Positions 13,408 to 25,618 of a stretch of 64,000 nt of DNA are shown here, one piece after another. The stretch is from Octopus vulgaris (lineage: Eukaryota): positions 104,780,001 through 104,844,000 of the forward strand of contig OX597823.1 in the NCBI GenBank assembly GCA_951406725.2, given 5' to 3'. The notes below the pieces were generated by a model. That model was given only the letters and a program-made list of their open reading frames with translations. It was not told where the DNA came from and searched no databases. The stretch's first letter is position 1, and every line of letters starts with the position of its first letter. Made by a program: the position numbers and the translations under genes.

Positions 13408-13471
13408 CACTACGTTCGTTTCATGGCTGTTAATTTCTTTAAATTTTCGAGTTACAGTCATTCATCAGGTG
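13408..13471 (-). ncRNA. Minimal type I hammerhead ribozyme motif
   Basis: Minus strand reads CAC-CUGAUGA-AUGACUGUAA...UUAACAGCCAU-GAAA-CGAACG-UA-GUG. Confidence 0.6.
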
Positions 13472-13488
13472 GTTTAAAATATTTAAAC

Positions 13489-13552
13489 CACCTGATGAAT
13501 GACTGTAACTAGAAAATTTAAAGAAATTAACAGCCATGAAACGATCGTAGTG
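13489..13552 (+). ncRNA. Minimal type I hammerhead ribozyme motif
   Basis: cac / CTGATGA (13492-98) / stem II atgactgt..acagccat / GAAA (13538-41) / palindromic stem III acgatcgt / GUA triplet / gtg. Confidence 0.7.
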
Positions 13553-13678
13553 ATATATTAATTATATTTTTTTAATAATTTTGTTATATATTTAAATAAT
13601 ATAAATTAAATAATCTTATGTATTGGCTTAAGTTTTTCATTGTATGATTTGGCTAATAGTGGTTTTGTCTCTAATTTA

Positions 13679-13728
<50 letters not shown>

Positions 13729-13733
<5 letters not shown>

Positions 13734-14135
13734 TAGGAAAAAACACCTTTTATCAATTCAATAATGAAAAATTAAATTACACCATCTAGAAAATTACATA
13801 TTATAGAAAGATTAAATATAAAATAAAAAATAAGATAAAAAATATAACGATGATTAAGTAATGTGCAAAATAATAAATAAAACGTTTTATGTATTATTTT
13901 GCACATTACTTATTCATTGTTATATTTTTTATCTTATTTTTTATCTTATATTTAACCTTTCTATTATATGTAATTTTCTAGATGGTGTAATTTAATTTTT
14001 CATTATTGAATTGATAAAAGGCGTTTTTTTTACTAATTTATATATATATATTGTATTTGTGAAATTTGATTTAGTATTTCTAAATTGAATTTTCCCCTGT
14101 AAGTTTGGAATAATATTCCCACATATTATTATTAT
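13729..14135. mobile_element. Second Penelope-like hairpin-plus-tail module in (TA)n
   Basis: Arms of about 155 bp centred on aacgtt (13881-86). The tail gaaatttgatttagtatttctaaattgaatttttcccctgtaagtttgga is related to 13196-13265 (inverted) and to 16620-16690. Confidence 0.7.
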
Positions 14136-14173
<38 letters not shown>

Positions 14174-14175
<2 letters not shown>

Positions 14176-14990
14176 TTGACCCAATTGAGGGATCAGCTAC
14201 CTGAATTGTCAGTACACTGGCAGATAAAGCAATTAGGGATATGAAGACAAGGAAAGCCCTTGGCCCATCAGGAATCACTGCTGAGATGCTTAAAATATCT
14301 GGCGGTGTAGGTTATGGCCTAGTCACCCATATTGTAAATCAGGTGGTTCATGAGGGAGTCATACCAAATGACTGGTGTAGCAGGGCCATAGTCAACTGCT
14401 ACAAAGGTACGGGTGATGCCTTAGATAAAAATAATTATAGAGGTATCAAATTGTTGGATCAGGTGATGAAAGTTATGGAGAGAGCCATAGCCTAACTAAT
14501 TAGGGAGAGAGCTAGTCTAGATGAGATGCAGTTTGGTTTTGTGCCAGGTAGAAGTACCACTGATGCTATATTTCTGGTAAGGAAGTGCCTGCAGGAGAAA
14601 TACCTTGCCAAGAATAAACCTCTGTACTTGGCTTTTGTTGACTTGGTGAAAGTTTTTGACAGAGTCCCCCCCCGATCCCTTATCTCTGGAGGTCAATGTG
14701 GAAACTAGGGATAGACAAGTGCTTAGTGAGAGCTGTACAAGCCTTGTACAGGGATGCTACCAGTAAGGTGTGGGTGGGCAATGAGTACAGTGAAGGATTC
14801 AGGGTATACAGTACCCTCTTGTTCATCATAGTCCTCCGAGAAGTAACAGAGGAATTCAAGACAGGCTACCCCTAAGAGTGCCTCCATATTGATGATCTTG
14901 CTCTTGTAGCTCAATGACTACCTGAACTAGAGAAAAAGTTCTAGGTAGGTCTAGAATCAAGGACCTCTAGTTCCAGCAAGGTCTAGAATC
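14174..14990 (+). pseudogene. RTE-clade LINE reverse transcriptase fragment
   Basis: KALGPSGITAEMLK...NYRGIKLLDQVMKV...MQFGFVPGRSTTDAIF...LAFVDLVKVFDRVP, with stops and frameshifts. Confidence 0.9.
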
Positions 14991-15669
14991 TTACCCAAAT
15001 TTCCTTTTAGTGGCAGATCAAACCCAAAATCAGGTATTTACTATGAAAATTTTCTTAATCTTACAGCCATGCGTGTCTCCTCTATAACCATCTCATTGTC
15101 CAATGAAAATGATTTGATGCATAAGAAATAATCGTTTCTGACTCAAATGACTAACTGTTGTTATAATACCTGAACCAACAAGCATCAGTTAAGATGATTA
15201 AATGCAAGAAGCAGATCAAGTTTGATCTCACACATATATATATATATATAATACTTACAGTAACTTTTAAACTAGCCTCACTGTTTAGCCACAAAATTTC
15301 TATTTGCCACTCAGTAAAATGTCAACTCCTTAACTAGAATGGAAATCAATGATATCAGAGCTTGTTTTCTGTTCTTAAATGACCAGTAATCCTAGATAAG
15401 TGGACATAATTTCTCTAAAGTGCTTACTTTTTTTTGCTGGTGAGAGTCTTCTTTTTAAAGACATACTTTCAGTGAATGAGAATGACTTTTGTGTGTCTGT
15501 GTGCTTGTGGATAGAGTGTGAGTGTATGTGTGTATGTGGGGTGGTGGTGGTGGTGGTGGTAAAAGACAGAGATGGTTGACTTGTTAAGTAGATACTATCT
15601 GATGTAAAGTGTGAAGGTAAAGTTTAAACTTTTAATTAATGATGAGGGAGAGAAAAAGAAAGAGTGAGA

Positions 15670-15692
15670 GAAAGATAGATAGATAGATAGAT

Positions 15693-15785
<93 letters not shown>
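15670..15785. repeat. (GATA)n/(GA)n microsatellite
   Basis: Seen directly. Confidence 0.95.
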
Positions 15786-15788
<3 letters not shown>

Positions 15789-15989
15789 AGTGTGAAAGTG
15801 GGAAAGTGCAAGTGAGAAAAAGGGAGTGGAGGAGATAGAGAGCTGAAAATATTACATTAAATTAGACAATTTGCGCTTAATGAAATGACAATGGAAATCC
15901 TTCCTTAATCAATATCTCAAGACCTATATGTCTGCTAATAAATCACTGCAGCATTTCATTTAATCTTCTCTAATCTATAGAGTGTTAAA

Positions 15990-16035
<46 letters not shown>

Positions 16036-16089
16036 AATGCATACAAATGTCTGTGTGTATGTATGTAAGCACGTGAGTATCTGTGTACA

Positions 16090-16140
<51 letters not shown>

Positions 16141-16218
16141 ATATTTACATTCATATATAGTATGCATGTATCTTTCTCCTTCCCTCTCTCTCTCTCTCTC
16201 TCTCTGAATATATATATA

Positions 16219-16700
16219 AGTTCAGTAAAAATTTAATTTCAGATGAATATGGTACTTAAGTTAAAGGCACCAGAATTTGGTATGGTATTATCCATATAAT
16301 TCAAAATGGGGTGATTATAATAAAAATAAGCAACAAGGATATCCAAAGGTAATGCAGTACAATCGAAGTGATTTTACTACTACTTTTAACTTTTATACTA
16401 TAATCATCTCTTAAATATAGCCACGAAACACGTGTCGTTATTCTACCAAATATATATGTTTTTATTATTATTTTGCAATTTACTTAATCATCGGTATATT
16501 ATTGTTATTTTATTTTTAATATTTCTATTATATGTAATTTTCTAGATGGTGTAATTTAATTGTTCATTTTGAATTGATGATAGCTGGTTTTTTCTAATTT
16601 TTTTAATATATATATTATATTGTGTGAAATTTGATTTAGTATTTCTAAATTGAACTTTTCCCTGTAAATTAGGAATAATATTCCCTCAAATAATTATTAT
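16219..16700. mobile_element. Composite Penelope-like terminal fragments
   Basis: 16219-16340 is the inverted homolog of 43310-43430. 16420-16700 is homologous to 13890-14130 and starts with a hammerhead 3' half (gaaacacgtgtc). Confidence 0.6.
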
Positions 16701-16840
16701 ATATATACATATATATATATAACCTTTCTTGCCACACAGCTATGCTGTGCCTATATATATATATATACATATATATACATAAATACATACATAAATATAT
16801 ATATATATATATATATATAAATATATACACTCACACACAC

Positions 16841-16877
<37 letters not shown>

Positions 16878-16880
<3 letters not shown>

Positions 16881-17100
16881 GGAAAGTTCACGAAAATAAA
16901 CAAAAGATGAAGGCAGGTGGAGTACAAACAAACAGATGTATTAGTATAGCGCTCAGGAATAGAAAAAGTCTTTTACGTTTCGAGCCTACACTCTTCTACA
17001 GAAAGATGCACAGAAAAAAACAAGGAGAGAAAAAAATGTGTGTAGTAGCTAATGATCTATCATGACGTCTGACTTTGGACAATTGTAAAAAAATTAATAT
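16878..17100 (-). mobile_element. Penelope-like pseudo-LTR with variant hammerhead motif
   Basis: Minus strand 17006-16969: UCUUU-CUGUAGA-A-GAGU-guag-GCUC-GAAA-CG-UA-AAAGA. Homologs at 43131-43257 and 47775-47832. Confidence 0.6.
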
Positions 17101-17179
17101 ATAAGAAAAATATGAAAAAGAATAAAGTGAAAACGAAAGGGACAGTTTTACGAAAAGTTCAAATATATATATATAGACA

Positions 17180-17615
17180 CAGCATGGCTGTGTGGTAAGA
17201 AGGTTGCTTCCCAACCACATGGTTCCAGGTTCAGTTCTACTGTTTTCTACTATAGCCTCAGGCTTCCCAAACCCTTGTGAGTGGATTTGGTGGACAGAAA
17301 CTGAATGAACCCGGAAAGGCGACAAGCTGGCAGAAATGTTAGCACTCTGGGCGACATGCTTAGCAGTATTTTGTCCTGTCTTTACATTCTGAGTTCAAAT
17401 TCTGTCGAGGTCGACTTTGCCTTTCATCCTTTCGGGGTCAATAAATTAAGTACCAGTTATGCACTGGAGTCGATGTAATGAACTTAATCCATTTGTCCTT
17501 GTTTGTCCCCTCTATGTTTAGCAAAAGTCCTGGGGTCAATTTGTTTGACTAAAGGGTGTGCTCCAGCATGGCTACAGGTAAATGACTGAAAACAAGTAAA
17601 TGAATAAATAAATAA
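17180..17615 (+). mobile_element. Nested or chimeric SINE: family A head, family B copy, family A tail
   Basis: Family A 5' part runs to about 17305, family B spans about 17315-17523, and the family A tail resumes at aagtcctggggtc. Confidence 0.75.
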
Positions 17616-17743
17616 ATATATATATACATATGTCATCATCATATATACACACACACACATATATATATATATTTATATACACTATATGTATATATAGTAT
17701 AATACTATATATATATACACAATATGTATAAATAGTATAATAC

Positions 17744-17778
<35 letters not shown>

Positions 17779-17784
<6 letters not shown>

Positions 17785-18036
17785 TTAATTGATAGTAGGA
17801 GATGGATTTCAAATTAAAAGTTTAATATGAAATCCATCTCCTACTATCAATTAGTACTATTATCCTAACTGCCACGGTGAAGTTCCTGAAATAAAACCAA
17901 GGGAAGTGTACCACGACTACAGGTGACAACAGGTAGCCTAATGACACTCACCTTCTCACTAAATAAATAAAAAAAATTTGTGAGGTTCTTCACCCACTCT
18001 GATTAAATCATTAACAAGTCACAGGATCTCCACATC

Positions 18037-18040
<4 letters not shown>
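17779..18040. repeat. Hairpin-plus-tail module in (TA)n
   Basis: agtattaattgatagtaggagatggatttca pairs with tgaaatccatctcctactatcaattagtact, followed by about 180 bp of one-sided tail. Confidence 0.65.
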
Positions 18041-18084
<44 letters not shown>

Positions 18085-19214
18085 TATGTGAAGACCATTA
18101 GTAATGCCTGCCAGACTTTTATGAGGAAGAACCCATGACTCATAAACTGCTGTAGTAGACAATAGTACATTAAGATATTGGATTACATTCAGGCCTGGAA
18201 ACTTAGTCTGAATGCTTACAACAGGGTGGACTCTGCTAAAGACAACTCAGAACCACAAGGTATACCAAGTAATCAAGTACCAGAAAGAACAATTAACTCC
18301 AGACATGTTTTGGCCTTATTCTAACTTCATTAGTTAAGCACCGCTATCACCATACTTACCAAAGTAGTGATGAATGCATCCACTAGATAATATATCTCTG
18401 ATTACACATCTGTAAGCATAGGAAAATAGAATTGTTTAGAAATGAAATTATTCAAAAGCACGCCATGAAAATAATATTAGTCAATGAGTAATATTACTAC
18501 TTCTTCACTGCATATTTTATTTCTAGTTAGTGTTTTTTTTTGCAAGCTGTCTATTAAATATATTAACACTAACTTAACTCTTGCTTTTTCCCCCTTTCAT
18601 GCAGATAGCATCACTAGGTTATTTAATTTCTAAACACTTGTGTGTATAAACTGATAATTGTAACTGGGTGTTGGGTGGTGGTGACAGTGGTGGTATTGAT
18701 GGGGGTATTAGTGGTTGATGGTGCTGGTGGTGAGTGATGGGGATAGTGTTGGTAGTGGTGGTGGTGGTTGTGGTGATGGCTGATGTTGGGGGGGATGGTG
18801 CCGAGCATTGGTAATGGTGGTGTTGGTGGTTGATGGTGATGGTGTTGGTAGCAGTAGTTGTGTTGGTAGCGTTCTCCATTCACATACATTACAACTACTA
18901 CTACCATTATTATATATTCGAAGTCCCTTGTTAGCTTGTTTTCCTAGAGAAATAGGGGGTTAGTGGTTGGTAAGGAAGTCAGTGAAAAGTTGGGTGTAAA
19001 ATGTGTCAGTCATAAACCTGGTCCCTTATTTTTTTTTTGTGGGTTGTGTAGATGGGTTGGGGTTGGGGATTACTAACCCAGGATAATTATGTCTTGTCCT
19101 CATATGTTCCCTAACTCTCAATTTTCACCAATCCATCTACCTTGGCTGTTAGCCATATCACCCCAGGAACCAATTCCTCCAATACCTCATAAAACTTCAT
19201 CAATAGTGATAGCA

Positions 19215-19620
19215 AAGGTGGTAGTGGAGGTGGTGTGGTGGTAGTGGTGGTAGTGGTGGAGGTGGTGATGATAGTGGTGGTAGTTGTGGTGGTGGTAGTT
19301 GAGGTGGTGGTGTGGTGATGGTGATGGTGGTGGTGGTAGTGATAGTGGTGGTGGTAGTAGTGATGGTAGTGGTGGTGATGTGGTGGCGATAGTGGTATTG
19401 GTGGTGCTGGTGATGGTAGTTGTTGTGATAGTGGTGATGGAGGTAGCGGTGGTAGTTGTGGTGGTGGTGGTGGTAGTAGTATGGTCATGGTTGTGGTGGT
19501 GGGGATGGCAGTGGTGGTGGTGAAATTGGTGGTAACGATGGTGGAGGTCGTGGTAGTGGTTGTGATGGTAGTGATGGCAATAGTAGTGATGGTGTAAATG
19601 GAGGGAGCGGTGAAGGTGAG
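19215..19620. repeat. Degenerate (GTG/GTA/GAT)n low-complexity tract
   Basis: Seen directly; a similar tract lies at 18665-18870. Confidence 0.9.
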
Positions 19621-19791
19621 GTGGATGACAGACAGGAAAGGAAACACTGTAACTTGAACTGCAAATGAAATGTGTATGTGTGTGTGTGTGTGTGTGTGTA
19701 TGTGTGTGTGACAAAATATATGTGGCTATATGAGGATGTATGTGTGTGTGTGTGTATATAAATGTGTGTGACAATGTGTTTAGTAATCTGT

Positions 19792-20025
19792 TTATTTATT
19801 ACCCAAAAGGGGCTAAATATAAAGGGGACAAACAAGGACAGACAAAGGGATTAAGTCGATTACATTGACCCCAGTGCATAACTGGTACTTAATTTATCGA
19901 CCCCGAAAGGATGAAAGGCAAAGTTGACCTTGGCGGACTTTGAACTCAGAACATAGTGGCAGACGAAATACCTCTCAGCAATTTTGCCCAGTGTGCTAAC
20001 CACTCTGCCAGCTCACCACCTTCAA
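19792..20025 (-). mobile_element. SINE family B, Tx1-like-tail variant, with 16-bp TSD
   Basis: TSD gtgtttagtaatctgt at 19776-19791 and 20026-20041. Tail reads ttgtcccctttatatttagccccttttgggtaataaa. Confidence 0.88.
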
Positions 20026-20069
20026 GTGTTTAGTAATCTGTAGAATGTGTCTGTTTATGTATGTAGTCG

Positions 20070-20113
<44 letters not shown>

Positions 20114-20296
20114 TGTATGTGTGTGTGAAGGTACACCTGTAACTGTGAAGATATCTGTGTGTATGTTCATGTATGTGAATGTGTGTGTGCCATTATAAGT
20201 GCAAGTGTATATGTATATGACTGTGTTACATGCAGTTGTCCATGTGTGAAGATATATATATATATCTGACTGTGTTAAGATGTATTTATGTGTTTA

Positions 20297-20667
20297 CTAG
20301 CAGTATCGCCCGGCGTTGCTCGGGTTTGTAAGGGAAATAACTATAAAGCATTTTTAGAGAGTTATAGCCAAAAAATGGAAAAAAAATGATGGTAAATTTT
20401 TTTTTAGTTAAAAAGGTCGAGTTGCGTCCCCTAGACAGTCTGTGGTTTGTGTTTCTGATTCTGGACCCCATGTCGAATTTATCGATTTTTTTCAGAACTG
20501 GGGGAACTTTTCAAAATTTTCGCTGCGTTAGTTTTAAATTATGACATTGGGCTGTGTGTGTGTCAAGTTTCATCAGAATCGGTTGAAAGCCATGGTCAGG
20601 GTGAGGGTACAACCTGACAGACACACAGACACACAGACAGACAAACTGCCGTTTATATATAGAGAGA
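20297..20667 (-). mobile_element. Non-autonomous Helitron-like element
   Basis: Minus strand 5' TC...3' CTAG, inserted between A and T. Hairpin cccggcgttgctcggg near the 3' end, (CAGA)n near the 5' end. Confidence 0.78.
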
Positions 20668-20744
20668 TGTCTACATATGTAGCTGTGCAGAGGAAGGCAT
20701 TAGTGTGACTGTGTGAGGGTAGGTTTGTGTATGTAAAAAAAAAA

Positions 20745-21068
20745 GGATTAAGACACCTTTCGGCCATGAATGACCATGGGATTGCACCTAGAAAGTTCTC
20801 CGGGCAAGGTTGTTTCATGGAAGACCAGCAGTCGCCCATGAATACCAGCTTCCCCTCTCTCAGCCACCAATATTATCCAAAGGAAAGGCAAAGCTGATAC
20901 AGTTTGGCACCAGTGACATTGCAACTCATTTCTACAGCTGAGTGAACTGGAGCAACGTGAAATGAAGTGTCTTGCTCAAAAACACAACACACAGCCCAGT
21001 CCGGGATTCGAACTCACAACCTCATAATTTTCAGCCTGATGCTCTAACCACTCAGCCATGCATCTTCA
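20745..21068 (-). mobile_element. tRNA-derived SINE sharing its head with family C
   Basis: Minus strand: tggctgagtggttagagc...gagttcgaatcc...ttgagcaagacacttcatttcacgttgctccagttcactcagctg. Confidence 0.8.
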
Positions 21069-21175
21069 TTATTGTGTAAGTGTTTGTTAATATATTCATG
21101 ACAGTGCCTTTCAAAATGTGCATATGTCGGTGTCTGTGTCCGTGCTTCTGTGTGTGTGTGTGTGTGTGCGTATGT

Positions 21176-21490
21176 GAAGGCACGTGGCTTAGTGGTTAGG
21201 AGTATTCAGCTCCTGATTGAAAAGCCATAAGTTTGAATCCCAGCAGTGCATTGTGTCCTTGAGCAAGACACTTCATTTCACATTGGCTCAGTCCACTCAG
21301 CTGACAAAAATGAGTTGTACCAGTATTTTAAAAGGCCATCCTTGTCACATTCTGTGTCATGCTGAATCTCCTTGAGAATTACTTCAAGGGCATGCATGCC
21401 TGAAGTGCTTAGCCAGATTAATTTCATGAACAGGCTGTCCTGTTCATCAGCTCAGCTGGAATCCTCTTTGACAAAACCAATGGAGTGCCA
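21176..21490 (+). mobile_element. SINE family C
   Basis: Homologous to 2556-2845. Confidence 0.8.
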
Positions 21491-21887
21491 TATATGTATC
21501 ACAACTGATGTTGGTGTATTTACATCCCTGTAACTAAGCAGTTTGGCAAAAGAGACCTATAGAATAAGTACTAGGCTTGCAAAGAATAGGTCCTGGGGTC
21601 GATTTGTTTGACTAAAGGCAGTGCTCCAGCATGGCCACAGTCAAATGCCTGAAACAAATAAAAGACAAGAATATATATGTATATATAAATGTTTGTTTTA
21701 AACCGAAGGATCACTCAGTACTTTTTATAGATTACATATTTATTATTCTTGACAGTAACTTCAAAGTCTCAACCCGCTTAGCCTTCATCTGACTGTATAT
21801 ACAGTTCAGTTCATCTTGGCTTTATACAGTCTCTGATAAAGCTAAAATGAAATAAAATATACCACAGTCCAATGAAGTCTAAACAAG

Positions 21888-21977
<90 letters not shown>

Positions 21978-22261
21978 CAGAGTGGATGAACAGGGAGTTC
22001 ACAAGAGTGCAAAAGAAGTGTGGGAGAGGGGAACAGAAAGGGAATGCTGTGAGTGGTGACCATGGGTATAAAGGGTAGTGCCAGGATCGCAGTGATAAAG
22101 TTACAGGTGAGGACATATGTAACATGTGGGTGGAGAGCACACATGGCAAACAGTCCTTCCAGAACTCAGTTTTGCTGAGGTGGGCAGGTCTTCTCAAGAA
22201 CCACATATCACCAGACACCTCCTGGGTCTTCTGAAGGTTCCATTCACTTTATATATATGAG

Positions 22262-22665
22262 AAATGACTGTGTGGTAAGAAGCTTGCTTTGCAACCACAT
22301 GGTTCTGGGTTCAGTCCCACTGCATGGCACCTTGGGCAAGTGTCTTCTACAATAGTCCCAGGCCAACCAAAGCCTTGTGAGTGGATTTGGTAGACAGAAA
22401 CTGAAAGAAGTCCATTGTATATATATATCTATATATATATATATGTATGTATGTATTTGTGTGTCTCTCTTTGTCCTCCCACCATCACTTGATAACTGAT
22501 GTTGGTGTATTTATATCCCTGTAACTTAGCAGTTTGGCAAAAGAGACCTATAGAATAAGTACTAGGCTTACAAAGAATAGGTCCTGGGGTCGATTTGTTT
22601 GACTAAAGGCAGTGCTCCAGCATGGCCACAGTCAAATGCCTGAAACAAATAAAAGACAAGAATAT
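22262..22665 (+). mobile_element. SINE family A, full length
   Basis: Head, internal microsatellite and tail present. The 3' half is nearly identical to 21503-21675. Confidence 0.9.
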
Positions 22666-23862
22666 GTAGCTGTGTGTATGGGTGAGTTTCTGTGAACGTG
22701 TGTATATGAATGTATATGTAAATGATAATATGAGTGTAACTTTGTGTGCATGAGAATGTCTGAATATATGTATATGCATGTTTGATTCCTTTTCTGTTTT
22801 GTTACATGTTAAACTTTGAATAAGTTTTGTACATTTTTAATGTTCCACTTACAGATAGCATTTGAAAAGCATGTGTTAACTGGTGTCTTTCTTTGCCTGA
22901 AAATGCTTTCTTTCCCAGATTGTCACTTGGGTATTTACTAACATAACCAAATGTATCAATAATTATCGGAATAAATGTGAATTTGTAATTAGGATAATGG
23001 AGCTGCCAGTTTTGAATCATTTATCAATAAACAGTCTCCTTCTCACTGATTTTGAAAGATATATTCACATCTTCAGAGTTGCTAACCTCTTTCACCACAC
23101 ATGATGTTTCTTTTCTCTACCAAGTGACTATTTCAGGCTGACTGCGTTCGCACTTGATACAAGTTTTGATAGGAATCTTCCACTAATAGTTCTTGTCTTG
23201 ATATTTCTGTATGCCTTCAATAACAGGGTTTGTTTATATTTATCCCAAGGCAGTCTTTTCTGATGGCATTGTATATTGTTTTAGCAAGAACCTCATATCT
23301 TAAAGGGGGATAATATCTCAATGGCAATTTTGGACAGCTGCTGATTATGTGTGTTATATCATCCAGAGAAGAACAGTATAATCAGCATTTACTGTTGCAT
23401 CTTGGGATTTTAATGGCTTCATCTTCTCATTTGTTCATTAGATATTTCATAACAATCCCCTATTCTTGGATTGTAACTACATAACCTTGAAGATATGATG
23501 TAATTAATTGTCATAAGCCCAATAAAGGCTACACTTCATGTTCATATTATCATCCTCTGCAAGTTTATGAGAAACACACCCATGCATCACCTTTTTCCAA
23601 ATCTTTGCTGAGGTAAGCTTTTCCTGCATTTTGGAAGTCACCTGGGAGGTCATCAAAAAGTGAATGCTTTTTGAGTTCATTGTCAACCTGTTAGATGTTA
23701 TTCACTTTGTTCTTGAGTGCTTGTTCTTGTATTTATTTTTGCTGTCATTATTTAGTGGCCATTCTCTGAGTGATCACTAAAGACTATTTGCACTGACCGG
23801 AAGCCTCTTCCTCTTCCTTTTCTTTTCCAATAAGAAGTTTGAGCAGATTTCTTCTATAAAAC

Positions 23863-24447
23863 TTGGATGAGGACAGCTGTGTGAAGAAGTGCCACATTTT
23901 AACAGTGGAGGGAACCTGTGGAAGAGGTAGACCCATGAAGACATTGGACGAGGTGGTGAATGTTGGGCTTTATGGAGGCAAGGGCAAGTGACCGAGACCT
24001 TTGCCAATGTTACATAACTGGCACATAAAAAGCACCCTTCAAACATTGGGTGATATACTGTGCTTGAGAAGATCTATCAAGCCAAGTGAAATCATAGTCA
24101 TGGTACCCATGCCAGTGGCATGTAAAAAGCACCGTTTGAGCATTGGGCCTTATGGAGGCAGTGACAGGTGACTGAGACCTTTGGCAATATGCCGTGCTTG
24201 TGAAGACCTGTCAAGCCAGGTGAGATCCTAGTTGTGACTAATACTGGTGTCATGTCAATGGCACCAGTGCCAGTAGCAGGTAAAAAGCACCCACTACACT
24301 CATGGAGTGGTTGGTGTTAGAAAGGGCATCCAGCCGTAGAAACCATGCCAAATCGGTTTGGAATCTGGTGCAGCTCCCTAGCTTACCAGTTTTCAGTCAA
24401 ACCGTCCAACCGATGCCAGTATGGAAAACAGATTTTAAGTGATGATA
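23863..24447 (+). mobile_element. RTE 3' fragment nested in the R4 relic
   Basis: DEDSCVKKCHILTVEGTCGRGRP, followed by the 3' UTR with gtgccagtggca..aaaaagcacc units and a GAT tail. Confidence 0.85.
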
Positions 24448-25227
24448 TTATCTTGTTGCAAGAGAAAGGCTTTGACTGCTGTGTCTTTTTGGTATAATAA
24501 TCTTTGGCTACTCTTTGTTCACAGAATTTTCATTAATACCTACGTATTTATTTGGTGGTGGAATAAAGATGATAGAGAGGTCATTGATGTGAAGGTTTTA
24601 GCTTTGGGGGTTATAGTTTTCTCACATTCAATTATTAATATGAACCTTTCATTTGACCAAATTCCATTCTTATATCAGCAGAAAATATAACTAAATTCAG
24701 CTGTTTCTCAGCATTGTAAGTATTTTGAGTACAGAATGTCCAAGAAATTATGGGTTAACATTAGTCTTTTGTTGTTGTAGACCCAGGACATAATCAGATA
24801 TGTATGGTTTTAAGGCCCAAATAAACAGAAGCATGAAGATTTTGTCTCTTTGGAATTCTCCCTTTGAAATACTTATAACAGTGGAGATAATAATTTCACT
24901 TCCATTTGCAAGTGTGATAGTTGTAGACCACATCTTTGTGGACCTCTCGATGGCAGCAATTAAGGTAGCCTGTCCTTCTGCTAACTATTGTAACTTCAGT
25001 AGCTGTGAGTGGTGAATGAAATCAATAGACTGTCTGTAATCAAGTCAAACTGTCACAAGTTTCTTTGATCTTTTCTCACTTTGAGCGGTACAACTGTATT
25101 TAGTAAAAGCTGTTCAGTGCATCTTCATACTTTCTTCTTATGACCTGCTTGCTCTTCAGTGACTACATTATTGAACTCATTATAGTCATAGAAGAATTGG
25201 TTCAGGCAGCTTGTGTGCAGTTTATAT

Positions 25228-25587
25228 CATTCGAGTGTGATCGTTACCAGCATCGCCTTACTGGCACTTGTGCCTGTGCTAGTAGGGTGCCAAGAGCACC
25301 ATCCGAGCGTGATCGTTGCAAGAGCAGCCAACTAACTGGCTTCCGTGCTGGTGGCATGTAAAAGGGCACCATTCGAGCTTGATCGTTACCAATGTTGCCT
25401 TACTGGCACCTGTGCCAGTGGCACGTAAAAAGCACCCACTACACTCTCGGAGTGATTAGCATTAAGAAGGGCATCCAGCTGTAGAAACTCTACCAGATCA
25501 AGATTGGAGCCTGGTGCAGCCATTTGGTTTGCCAGCCCTCAGTCAAAATCGTCCAACCCATGCTAGCATGGAAAGCGGGCGTTAAAC

Positions 25588-25617
<30 letters not shown>
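25228..25617 (+). mobile_element. RTE 3' UTR fragment with (GAT)n tail
   Basis: ...gtccaacccatgctagcatggaaagcgggcgttaaacgatgatgatg. Confidence 0.85.

Positions 25618-25618
<1 letters not shown>

Larger units (their letters stand above)
13196..13690. mobile_element. Penelope-like inverted pseudo-LTR pair in (TA)n
   Basis: Arms of about 205 bp (13272-13478 and 13482-13688) with about 3 mismatches. One-sided extension at 13196-13270. Contains hammerhead motifs. Confidence 0.8.
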
